Assembly: GCA_964595865.1 (NCBI GenBank)
Contig: CAZQRL010000001.1
Coordinates: 260,700 to 324,699 of the forward strand
Source: an uncultured Chthoniobacteraceae bacterium
GTDB lineage: Bacteria > Verrucomicrobiota > Verrucomicrobiia > Chthoniobacterales > DYNR01
DNA: 64,000 bases
Direction of reading: 5' to 3'
The notes below the pieces were generated by a model. It did no database searches, was not told the origin of the DNA, and saw nothing but the letters and a program-made list of their open reading frames with translations. The position numbers and the translations under genes were made by a program. This document shows, one piece after another, positions 1-8,483 of this stretch (its first letter is position 1; each line of letters opens with the position of its first letter).

Positions 1-357
1 GCGTTATCCCCGGAAGCAGCGGAATGGCCGCGGCAGGTTCAGCCGGAGGTCGTGGTGGGATTTCCCGGCGGGATGTTTTATCGCGTGTGGGCCGCAGGAT
101 TTCGCTTTCCGGAGGACTTCGGATTTTGCGGGGTTCCGACTCCGGAAGTTATGGCTCAAGATGCCACAGGAGCCACGACTGCCTCCGGCCCGTGGACTTT
201 CGGGCGGGAATTTCCAATCGAGGCCCTGGAGTGGTCGGAACAACTGCTGCGCCTGGGGCTGCGCGGGCACCCTGCTCATCCGCTGCTGCGGGTAGTCACG
301 GCCTATTGGCAAGAAGGCCAAAACCTCGGCTCTTGGGGCGTCGCACCCCCGTCGTAA
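1..357 (+). CDS. 3' end of an unidentified gene entering from upstream (partial)
   Basis: Frame 1 is open from base 1 to TAA 355-357. Composition is W/F/E-rich, unlike the Arg/Gly/Pro-rich shadow ORFs around it. No family recognised. Confidence 0.3.
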   Translation, partial: ALSPEAAEWPRQVQPEVVVGFPGGMFYRVWAAGFRFPEDFGFCGVPTPEVMAQDATGATTASGPWTFGREFPIEALEWSEQLLRLGLRGHPAHPLLRVVTAYWQEGQNLGSWGVAPPS

Positions 358-416
358 AAGACCGCTTCTACCTCCCCGCAGCAGAGGTCCAAAGAACCTT
401 GCCTCCCTGCCACGCC

Positions 417-1334
417 TCAAGGCAGGCGCATAATGCCCCAGGAACATCCTTCGAGAACCAATTGTCCGCTGGGCAAAAGGGTGCTGCCTTCGCCTAAGAC
501 TGAGGCTGCTCCGGCAAGCGCAGGCAGCTCCAGGGACCGTGAGTCGGCATCCGGATTGATCGCGATGGCAAAGCGAGCTTTCTCATCGGAACGCTGATAA
601 ACGAAAAGCCTTTCGTCCGAGCTCATGCCCAAGGGAGAGAAATCTCCGTCGTTGCCGAGGCAGAAAATTGCCGACGCAGGGCTAACAACCGTCGGGTATG
701 GTGCAACAGCGATGCTGGATCTGCGTTTTGCGTGGCTACAGTGAGAGCGTCCGGTGAAGCATCTACCGGCAGATAGAGTTGTGCCGGTGAAGCCGGGGAA
801 AAACCAAGGTTGGAAGCCGTCGTCTCCCATTGCATCAGAGTGCGAGTGCCCGTTCGCCCGTAGCCTCCCTCTTTGGACGGCAAGTCATCCCGATAGCGCA
901 GTCCGATTTCGTCCCCGTAATAGATAAATGGCACTCCCGGTAAAGTAAGCAGGATTGCGAGAATCCCACGCTGCTCACGCGGACTGCGCCCGTAGCCAGG
1001 AATGTTCCACCGAAGTGTGACCAGCAACTAAATCCAACATCACCCTCAGCCACAGACGGTGCACTTCTTGAAAAAGTCGCACCGCATCCTCGAAAGTGCC
1101 GTAACGCGGAGCGACCTGACGAAAATCTGCCACGTCGTAGCCGGCATCCCCAAACGGCGAGACAAAGATCGGATTCCACCTCAGAGCCGTCACCCCCAGA
1201 GACGGCAAATACGGCAACTTGGCCACAACCCCCGGCACGTCACCGATGCCATCACCGTTCGCATCTTAAGATGACTGCGGGTAAATCTGGTAGAAAACGG
1301 CTTCACGAAGCCATGCGGGGATATTCCGTTGCAT
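417..1334 (-). pseudogene. decayed GH13 alpha-amylase-family gene (alpha-glucosidase / trehalose-synthase-like)
   Basis: GH13 motifs on the minus strand are split over several frames. The sequence reads MQRNIPAWLREAVFYQIYPQSS, then an in-frame TAA (1268-1266), then DANGDGIGDVPGVVAKLPYLPSLGV...DLVAGHTS (region I). It then jumps directly to LTLPGVPFIYYGDEIG / MQW (ORF 623..1027), with catalytic regions II-IV (about 230 aa) absent. A further frame change near 680-700 leads into the C-terminal domain (ORF 417..830). Confidence 0.75.
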
Positions 1335-1374
1335 GCTCGGCAATTTGACGCTCCGGGTATGAATTTCCAAGTTT

Positions 1375-4300
1375 TTACCGTTGCGCGAACCCGACCGGAG
1401 AGCGGCTTCCTTTCTGGGATGAGGCAAGACGGCAGGGCTCGGCCCGCTCGACTTGCAAAGTGAAGCCGGTATTTCCTGGAAAAGGCACAACCTTCCCGGT
1501 GAGCGAGAGCACGGGATACCGCAGTGTTACCTGCCCAGAGCGCGCCGCCGACCGGGCAAACAACTCGGCTTCCACAAAGCCCGAACGGTCGGCAAGGGTG
1601 AGGAACTTCATCGGGCGACCATCTCGCTGGGAGTGCGACCGCTCGGCCACTACTAGCCCCGCCACCGTCACACGCTGCCCGACCCAATCCGACAAGTGCG
1701 CAATCGGGCAGTAGGTCTCCCAACGCACTTCAGGATGGAGATCCAGCGGATGCCCGCTCACCGGATAGCCAAGCAGTTCCCACTCATCTTGCAAACGCTC
1801 CTGCAGCGAACGCTCCAGCAAATGCTCCGGCAGAGCAAGCTTCGAAGCCGCTTCTCCCTCCTCCGCCAGGGAAAAGAGACTCAGCTGCCCCGCACCGAGA
1901 TCGGACGCCGGCGGCGGGACGGTCTGGGCCAAGTGCTGCAGCTCCCATTGCAACGCCACCCGGCTGGAGCCAAAGCGATCCAATGCCCCGGCCCGCAGCA
2001 GAAGTTGCAAGGCCGCAGGCGGAGCCGAGGTGCGTCGTTGCAAATCCCGCAGCGAACGAAAGGGGGCCTCGCGCCGTGCGGCCAAAATTCGTTCCGGCAG
2101 CGATTCGGGCAGTCCTTTGATTTTCCAGAGCGGCACCCGTAAGCGCACCGGTGTTGTCCCATTCCCACGCTCCGGCCCATAGACGGGAGTATATTCTGCG
2201 CGGGATTCCTGCACATCTGGCGGCAGAAAGCCGATCCCCAACCGACGCGCCTCCAAGGTGTAAAACAACGGCGAGTAGAAGCCTTTCTCATGCGTCAAAA
2301 CCGCCGCTAGAAATTCCGCTGGAAAGTAGTGTTTGAACCACGCCGCTTCGTAGGCTTCGAGACCGTAAGCCGTGCTGTGCGCGCGGCAGAAGGCATAGCC
2401 ACGAAAACCATGCACCAGCTCCCAGACTGCGGCAATATCTCTCGCTGGATGTCCGGCACGCTCCGCCGCCGCAAAAAACTCCCGGCGCAGTCGCTCGATC
2501 TCGGCATCGCGCATCTTCACCAACGCCCGTCGCAATTGATCCGCCCGCCCCGGCGACAACCCGGCAAAAGTTTCGCAGATTTGCAGAATATGCTCCTCGT
2601 AGGCTATGACCCCATGGGTGCTGCGCAAAATCGGGCGCAGACAGGGATGGGGATACTGCGGCTCTTCCAAGCCCAGCGCCCGGCGGGCAAAGGTGGCTTT
2701 GCGCAAGGTGTTGGCCGCTCCGGGACGGATCACTGAGACGATGGCAATCAGGGTATCAATATCGCGACAGCCGCACATTTTTTGCAGCGAGGTCATGGCC
2801 GGGCTTTCGATGTGATGCACACCGCGGGCTTGCCCGGTAGCGATCATTTCCCAGACCGCAGGATCCTCCCAAGAGCGTGCGGGCGGCTCCAGCGGCCTGC
2901 CCAGCGCAAGGGTGGGATTCTCGCGCACCAAGCGGCGCGTGTCGCGCAGCACCGCCAATCCGCCCTGGGCTAGGAGATCGAGCTTCACTAGCCCGGCTTC
3001 CTCCACCGCCTCCATGGAAAAATGCGTCGCCGGCCAGCCTTTCTCGGAAAGAAACACCGGCGTGAAGTCTTGAATCGGCTGCCGCGAGAGCACCAAACCA
3101 CAAGGGTGGATTTTGCGGTGGCGCGGTAAACCATCTAACCGTCCGGCCAGAGCCAAGGCCAACTGCGCGGGTTCGCTGGCGAAGTGCCCATCTGCCGCCG
3201 CCGGAGTTTGCGCCGCCGCGGTGGCAACCTCTCCCGCCCGGGTGTGGTGCGGAAAGTGCTCGGTCAGCCGATGGGCCTCATGGTCTGGGAGTCCAAGGGC
3301 CTTGGCGATCTCGGCCACTGCCGCCCGAGCCTGGTAGGTGTTAAATCCGCCCACTGCCGCCACATAACCGGGCGCATAACGCCGAAAAAGCCGCTCCACC
3401 ACCTCGTCCCGCCGATCATGCGGGAAGTCCACATCAATATCGGGAAGCTTTTTCAGCGCCATACGCTCGGGATTGAGGAAGCGCTGGAAATACAACTCGA
3501 AACGGATCGGACAGACCTGGCTGATCCCCAAAGTGTGGCAGACCAGCGAGTCGGCCGCACTTCCGCGTGTGATCCACTCGATCCCCGCCGCCCGACATTC
3601 CTGCAGCAGATCCCAGACGTTGAGGAAATACTCCTCGTAACCGACCTGGTGAATCATGGCCAACTCCGTCTCCAACTGCCGGGCGTGCCGCCGCCAAGCC
3701 GAACCATAGCAGCGACGCAATCCCGTGCGAGCCAGTCGGCGAAGAAAGGCCGCCGGCGTTGAACCATCCGGGGGCTGATAAGCCGGAAAATGAAGTTCGC
3801 CTGTAGTGAAGGCGAAGTGGCAGCGTTGCAAAAAATCCTCCTCCTGCGCGACGGCACCCGGGTGGGTCTGCTGCCAGCGCCGCCACGCCCCAAGCGAAGG
3901 ATCGCCCCGGCTTTTTGCCGGATGGTAACGACTCAGCAAACTGCCAGTATGGATGCTCTCCAGCAACTGCAGCAACGGCAGATCCTCCGCAGTGGCCACG
4001 CGGATGGGCGGCGGGTGGTGCGCCGAGACCCATAGCCCCGCACGGTATGCGGCCCAGACTTCTGCCGTGATGACGGGTTGAGAGAGCAGGCGACAGAGGT
4101 GACGGTAGCCAAGTTCGTTCTCCACCCAGACACGCCGCCGGGAGCCATCCACCGCCAAGTCCGCCCCCAAGACCGGCCGCAACCCTGCCGCCTGCGCCAA
4201 AGCGAAAAATTCTCGCGCGGCATGGAGATTGGGATCGCAAAGCCCGACCACAGACAATTCCGCAGCCTGCGCCACGCACACGATTTGCTCCGGAGTGAGC

Positions 4301-4386
4301 AACGAATGCCCAAAGTCGTAGCAGGAATGGAAGGGCGCAATCCCCTGCCCTGCCACATTCCGCGAGCGACGCAATGCAACGCTCAT
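1375..4386 (-). CDS. dnaE2: error-prone DNA polymerase III alpha-type subunit DnaE2 (ImuC)
   Basis: C-family polymerase motifs: GSAADSLVCHTLGIS, PDIDVDFPHDRRDEVV, HPCGLVLS, FCRAHSTAYG. About 1000 aa, shorter than DnaE1. It lies directly behind a Y-family gene, and the ATG at 4386 overlaps that gene's stop (ATGA). The ORF-track start at 4437 was trimmed. Confidence 0.9.
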   Translation of the reverse strand: MSVALRRSRNVAGQGIAPFHSCYDFGHSLLTPEQIVCVAQAAELSVVGLCDPNLHAAREFFALAQAAGLRPVLGADLAVDGSRRRVWVENELGYRHLCRLLSQPVITAEVWAAYRAGLWVSAHHPPPIRVATAEDLPLLQLLESIHTGSLLSRYHPAKSRGDPSLGAWRRWQQTHPGAVAQEEDFLQRCHFAFTTGELHFPAYQPPDGSTPAAFLRRLARTGLRRCYGSAWRRHARQLETELAMIHQVGYEEYFLNVWDLLQECRAAGIEWITRGSAADSLVCHTLGISQVCPIRFELYFQRFLNPERMALKKLPDIDVDFPHDRRDEVVERLFRRYAPGYVAAVGGFNTYQARAAVAEIAKALGLPDHEAHRLTEHFPHHTRAGEVATAAAQTPAAADGHFASEPAQLALALAGRLDGLPRHRKIHPCGLVLSRQPIQDFTPVFLSEKGWPATHFSMEAVEEAGLVKLDLLAQGGLAVLRDTRRLVRENPTLALGRPLEPPARSWEDPAVWEMIATGQARGVHHIESPAMTSLQKMCGCRDIDTLIAIVSVIRPGAANTLRKATFARRALGLEEPQYPHPCLRPILRSTHGVIAYEEHILQICETFAGLSPGRADQLRRALVKMRDAEIERLRREFFAAAERAGHPARDIAAVWELVHGFRGYAFCRAHSTAYGLEAYEAAWFKHYFPAEFLAAVLTHEKGFYSPLFYTLEARRLGIGFLPPDVQESRAEYTPVYGPERGNGTTPVRLRVPLWKIKGLPESLPERILAARREAPFRSLRDLQRRTSAPPAALQLLLRAGALDRFGSSRVALQWELQHLAQTVPPPASDLGAGQLSLFSLAEEGEAASKLALPEHLLERSLQERLQDEWELLGYPVSGHPLDLHPEVRWETYCPIAHLSDWVGQRVTVAGLVVAERSHSQRDGRPMKFLTLADRSGFVEAELFARSAARSGQVTLRYPVLSLTGKVVPFPGNTGFTLQVERAEPCRLASSQKGSRSPVGFAQR

Positions 4387-5636
4387 GGCTGCGAGGGCCA
4401 AATGTCCCGCGGCCGCGCTCCCTGCTTTTGCAACCATAGATCGTGCCCGCGGAGAATCGCCCGCGCTCCGTATTTCTGGCGCAATTGATCCATCACTTGG
4501 GCCGCTCGCTGATGTTTGAGCGGATCACGCAGGGGAGAAGCCGAGGTGCCGGTGGTGGGTGCACTACCGGCGATGGGACCCAGCGGCAACTGCCCGAGGC
4601 GTGAGGCGGGATAAGGTTGGGCTAGCTGCAAACCGATGAGCCGAATGGCCACGCGACGCTCCCAAGCCTGCCGCAGCAGCAGCCGCAGCAAACTATACAC
4701 CTCCGTCTCCAAATCCGTCGGCTCCGGCAGGCTCTGTGACCTCCGACATTCGACAAAATCCGTGTAGCGCAGCCGCACCGTCACCGTGCGCAGACAGACC
4801 GCCTCCGCCCGCGCCCGGGCAAACAACCGATCCGCCATCTGCCGCAGGATGGCCAAAAGAAACTCCTCGTCGGTCACATCCTCAGCAAAGGTTTCCTGCT
4901 GGGAGTAAGATTGGGCCGCCGCCACCACCGGCTGCACCGGACGATCATCCTGCCCCCGCGCAAAGGCTATCAGTTGTCGCGCTCCAGCACCGGCAAAAAG
5001 ACCGAGCTGCGCTGGGGTGAGCCCCGCCAACTGCCCGATATGTCGCAACCCCGCCGCGGCCAGCGTTTGCGCCAACACTGGCCCGATGCCGGGCAACCAC
5101 TGCGTGGGCAGCGACGCGAGAAACTCTGCCTCCGTGCCCGCCGGCACCTGACAAAAAGCGGCCGGTTTGTATCGCTTGGCAGCAATCTGCGCCACCAGCT
5201 TATTGCGGGCAATCCCCTCGGAAAGCGTCAGCCGCAGGGTCTCCTGCACCGCCCGGCGCAGCCGTTCCGCCACCTCCCGCGGATCATGCTGCCGCTGCCC
5301 CCGCACATCCAGATAGGCTTCATCAATGGACTGAATCTCCACCAACGGCGTGAAGTCATAGGCCAAAGAAAACATCAGCCGGGAAAAGAGCTCATATTTG
5401 GCAAAGTCTCCCGGCAACACCACCAACTGCGGACAGAGCTTGCGCGCCCGCGCCGTCGGCATCGGCGCATCCACCCCCCACCGCCGCGCTTCATAACTGG
5501 CCGAGCAGATCACCCCCCGCCGCAGCCCCCCCACCGCCACCGGACGCCCCCGCAATTTCGCATCCGCCGCCTGCTCCACCGAGACAAAGAAGGCATCGGC
5601 ATCAAGATGAATCACCGGAGTGCAGGCGGCAGACAT
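4383..5636 (-). CDS. Y-family DNA polymerase in the ImuB position (DinB-like active-site residues retained)
   Basis: The internal start MSAACTPVIHLDADAFFVSVEQ fits the Y-family N-terminus. SIDEAYLDV is the motif III acidic pair. QLPLGP is a clamp-binding-like motif near the C-terminus. The ORF-track N-terminal extension (to 5906) is Arg/Cys/Pro-rich and overlaps acr3. Confidence 0.85.
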   Translation of the reverse strand: MSAACTPVIHLDADAFFVSVEQAADAKLRGRPVAVGGLRRGVICSASYEARRWGVDAPMPTARARKLCPQLVVLPGDFAKYELFSRLMFSLAYDFTPLVEIQSIDEAYLDVRGQRQHDPREVAERLRRAVQETLRLTLSEGIARNKLVAQIAAKRYKPAAFCQVPAGTEAEFLASLPTQWLPGIGPVLAQTLAAAGLRHIGQLAGLTPAQLGLFAGAGARQLIAFARGQDDRPVQPVVAAAQSYSQQETFAEDVTDEEFLLAILRQMADRLFARARAEAVCLRTVTVRLRYTDFVECRRSQSLPEPTDLETEVYSLLRLLLRQAWERRVAIRLIGLQLAQPYPASRLGQLPLGPIAGSAPTTGTSASPLRDPLKHQRAAQVMDQLRQKYGARAILRGHDLWLQKQGARPRDIWPSQP

Positions 5637-5667
5637 GGCAGACAAGAAATACTCCCCGCAGGCTAAA

Positions 5668-5681
5668 TGTTCATTTGAACA
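5668..5681. promoter_or_regulatory. candidate LexA (SOS) box TGTTC-N4-GAACA
   Basis: Perfect palindrome TGTTCATTTGAACA, with 31 nt between it and the Y-family ATG. It sits in the 17-nt spacer between a possible -35 TTGCGA (5688-5683) and -10 TAGCCT (5665-5660) on the minus strand. Confidence 0.6.
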
Positions 5682-5727
5682 CTCGCAAGGGACAATTTTT
5701 CCCCGCGGCGTTCCGGTCGGGAAAATC

Positions 5728-6930
5728 TCAGGCTTGGGGGGAAGATGTGCTGGCGAGGGACTGACGCAAAGCGCGGCAGGCTTGGCTATCCAGGAAGGCC
5801 CGGTCGCGCTCACGGAGCGACTCGAGACCGGAGCGTTCGGCCTCCTCCAGCACCGCTCGGGGGAAGAATTTCCGCCGCCCCCACAGCGCGACATGCACCA
5901 AACCAATCAGCACCGGCACCTCAATGAGCGGCCCCACAACCGTCGTGAAGGACACGCTCGAGGCCACTCCAAAAACGGCAATTGCCACCGCGATCGCTAA
6001 CTCGAAGTTATTTCCCGCTGCCGTGAAAGCCAGCGTGGCGCTCCGGCTGTAATCCGCCCCTGCCCAGCGACCGACAAAAAAGCTCACGGCAAACATGAGC
6101 AAAAAATAGAGCCCCAGCGGCAGGGCAATCCGCAGCACATCCAGCGGCAGCTTCACAATCGTGTCACCTTTGAAGGTGAACATGACCACGATGGTGAAAA
6201 GCAAGGCCCCGAGAGTCAGCGCAGCGATACGGGGCAGAAAGCACCTCTCATACCAGTCCAACCCACGCCAAGGGATGAGCACCAGTCGGCTGAGGATGCC
6301 GGCCGCAAAGGGAATCCCCAGATAAATCATTACCCCTCCGAAGATCTCCCCCACGGTCACATCGGCCACCGTTTTCCCTCCCAAGCCGATGACACTGGAA
6401 AGATCCAGCCCCAGCTTGGGGGGCAGCCAGGTGATAAAAAACCACGCGTAGAGCCCAAAGAAGAGGATTTGAAAGACGCTATTGAAAGCCACCAAACCGG
6501 CGCAATACTCCGAATGGCCTTTGGCCAGTTGATTCCACACCAGGACCATCGCGATGCACCGCGCGATGCCGACCAGAATGAGCCCGACCAGATACTCCGG
6601 GTATTGATGCAAAAAGACCGCCGCAAGCAGGAACATCAGCCACGGCCCCACCAGCCAGTTTTGCAACAGAGAAATTCCCAGAATCCGCCAGTTGGCAAAA
6701 ACTTTGGGGAGTTCCTCGTAGCGCACCTTGGCCAAGGGCGGATACATCATGAGAATCAGCCCCACAGCAATGAGGACATTCGTCGTTCCAACGGTCACGG
6801 GCGCAAAAAAAGCCTCGGGATCGGCGATGAAAAAATGCCCCACGGCCACCCCGAGGCCCATGGCAACAAAAATCCACAGGGTGAGGTAGCGGTCCAAGAA
6901 GGACATGCGGCCCGCGATGGAATTGCTCAT
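5728..6930 (-). CDS. acr3: ACR3-family arsenite efflux permease
   Basis: About 10 TM helices, N-terminus [13 protein letters not shown] and the hallmark [13 protein letters not shown]. It lies 8 nt downstream of the arsR-arsC fusion. It carries about 45 extra C-terminal residues. Confidence 0.9.
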   Translation of the reverse strand: MSNSIAGRMSFLDRYLTLWIFVAMGLGVAVGHFFIADPEAFFAPVTVGTTNVLIAVGLILMMYPPLAKVRYEELPKVFANWRILGISLLQNWLVGPWLMFLLAAVFLHQYPEYLVGLILVGIARCIAMVLVWNQLAKGHSEYCAGLVAFNSVFQILFFGLYAWFFITWLPPKLGLDLSSVIGLGGKTVADVTVGEIFGGVMIYLGIPFAAGILSRLVLIPWRGLDWYERCFLPRIAALTLGALLFTIVVMFTFKGDTIVKLPLDVLRIALPLGLYFLLMFAVSFFVGRWAGADYSRSATLAFTAAGNNFELAIAVAIAVFGVASSVSFTTVVGPLIEVPVLIGLVHVALWGRRKFFPRAVLEEAERSGLESLRERDRAFLDSQACRALRQSLASTSSPQA

Positions 6931-6938
6931 AGGAAAAG

Positions 6939-7724
6939 TCAGCCCGTGGGCGTATTCAGGGCCAAGGCATCACGATAGCCTTCGGCAAAGGCCACAAAAG
7001 CGCTGCGGATTTGCTCCCGGATGCGCCGGAAGGCATCGGCCTCAGTCTCGCCGGGACGGATGTCTCTGGGCGGGTCGGGAAAGCCCCAATGGTGCTGCCG
7101 CACCCGTCCAGGAAACATCGGGCAAGCCTCTCGGGCTGAATCGCAAACCGTAATGACAATATCAATCCCGGCAGCGAGAAATTGCTCCAAGTGTTTGGAG
7201 GTATGGAAGGAAATATCTATCCCGATTTCCGCCATCACCGCCACCGCCTGCGGATGCACGTAACCCGCAGGCTTCGAGCCCGCACTGAAGACCTCGAACA
7301 AATCGCCAGCGTCAGCCCGGAGAATGCCCTCTGCCAGATGACTCCGACAAGAATTGCCCGTGCACAATATCAGAACTTTCGCTTTTTTCAGATCCCGAGC
7401 CGACTGACTTCCACAGCCTTCCGCTTCCAAACAACGGATAAGCTCCCCCACACAGGGCATGGCCAGCCGATAGAAGATCTGTCTTCCCCGTCGCTCGTCC
7501 ACCACAATCCCTGCTTCCCTTAGGACAGCCAAATGATGTGAGACCGTGGACCAACCCAGACCACAGCAGCCAACCAAATCGCAGACACATTTTTCCCCGG
7601 CCCGGTCGAGCTCCCGCACCAAACACAACCGCGCCTCCGAACCCAAAGCCTGGAATATCTCCACCGTCCGCCCTCGCAAGTCGGAGGCAGTTTTGACAGC
7701 GGGGCAACAGCTCAGGGCTTTCAT
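6939..7724 (-). CDS. ArsR-family repressor fused to LMW-PTP-type (thioredoxin-coupled) arsenate reductase ArsC
   Basis: The N-terminal half has an ArsR HTH with EKCVCDL (compare ELCVCDL). The C-terminal half has the P-loop CTGNSCRS and a VCDSAREAC cysteine pair spaced as in the Staphylococcus-type ArsC. Confidence 0.85.
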   Translation of the reverse strand: MKALSCCPAVKTASDLRGRTVEIFQALGSEARLCLVRELDRAGEKCVCDLVGCCGLGWSTVSHHLAVLREAGIVVDERRGRQIFYRLAMPCVGELIRCLEAEGCGSQSARDLKKAKVLILCTGNSCRSHLAEGILRADAGDLFEVFSAGSKPAGYVHPQAVAVMAEIGIDISFHTSKHLEQFLAAGIDIVITVCDSAREACPMFPGRVRQHHWGFPDPPRDIRPGETEADAFRRIREQIRSAFVAFAEGYRDALALNTPTG

Positions 7725-7742
7725 TTCGATACTTATCGAAAT
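7723..7742. promoter_or_regulatory. 20-bp perfect palindrome, candidate ArsR operator
   Basis: ATTTCGATA-CT-TATCGAAAT has 9-bp perfect arms. It abuts and overlaps the first two nt of the arsRC start codon (ATG 7724-7722). Confidence 0.45.
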
Positions 7743-7868
7743 AATTCCCGCTACCCTTTCGCGTCAAGCCCACATCTCTCCCGAGCGGAACAGAAAATTT
7801 TTTCCCGCAGGTTTGACAAACTTCCGCAACCGGTCATTCTTTACCTCCTTTTGCAAATTTCTCCAGCC

Positions 7869-8414
7869 ATGGCCCACACCGAAGTTATCCTCACTGAAAA
7901 CATCCCTACCTTGGGAGCCGAAGCCGATCTCGTCAAAGTCCGCCGCGGTTATGCCCGCAACTTTTTACTTCCGCGCGGCAAGGCCATCGAAGCCACCGGA
8001 GCCTCCGTGCGCCTGATCAAGCATCTGCAGGCCAAGCGTGCCGAGCGGGAAGCCCGCGAGGTCACCGCAGCGGAAGAGTTGGCTCGCCGCATCAACAAGC
8101 TGCACTTGAATTTCGAATTGGAGACCGGGCAAACCGGGAAGGCCTTTGGGTCCGTTACCGCGCGGGATATTACCGAGCGCATCGAGGCCGAGCTCAAAGA
8201 TGTGACCCTGCCCAAGCACGCTGTCGTCCTGGAGAAAGCGATCAAAGAAAGTGGCGACCATGCGGTGGAAGTGAAGGTTCACGCGGATGTTGTCGCCACG
8301 GTGCGCCTGAGCATCACAGCTCCCGTGAAAGCCGCTCCGGCTGCCGAGGAACGTCCCGCGAAAACCTCCCGCCGCAAGGCCAGCACTCCCCCTGACGCCC
8401 CCGCCGAGGTCTGA
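7869..8414 (+). CDS. rplI: 50S ribosomal protein L9
   Basis: MAHTEVILTENIPTLGAEADLVKVRRGYARNFLLPRGKA matches the L9 N-terminal domain. It has an Ala/Pro-rich C-terminal tail. It precedes dnaB, a conserved pairing. Confidence 0.9.
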   Translation: MAHTEVILTENIPTLGAEADLVKVRRGYARNFLLPRGKAIEATGASVRLIKHLQAKRAEREAREVTAAEELARRINKLHLNFELETGQTGKAFGSVTARDITERIEAELKDVTLPKHAVVLEKAIKESGDHAVEVKVHADVVATVRLSITAPVKAAPAAEERPAKTSRRKASTPPDAPAEV

Positions 8415-8483
8415 GTCGCCACGGTTCTCGCCCAGTAACCCTGCAGCTCCCTCCGGCGCACCCCGCCCTTCCTGCCTTTCTCC

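Noticed and set aside
4-497. ORFs 4..447(-) and 24..497(+) at the left edge.
   Set aside because: Arg/Gly/Pro-rich composition and no recognisable family. Only frame 1 (1..357, +) looks remotely protein-like, and even that is reported with low confidence.
5637-5906. N-terminal extensions given by the ORF track: 4383..5906, 1375..4437, 26757..27914, 32923.., 40911.., 43958.., 44934.., 12974..14149, 16537..17118, 48852..50204.
   Set aside because: The extensions are low-complexity and overlap neighbouring genes. Internal starts reproduce the family N-terminal consensus and often give ATGA/GTGA/TTGA coupling overlaps.
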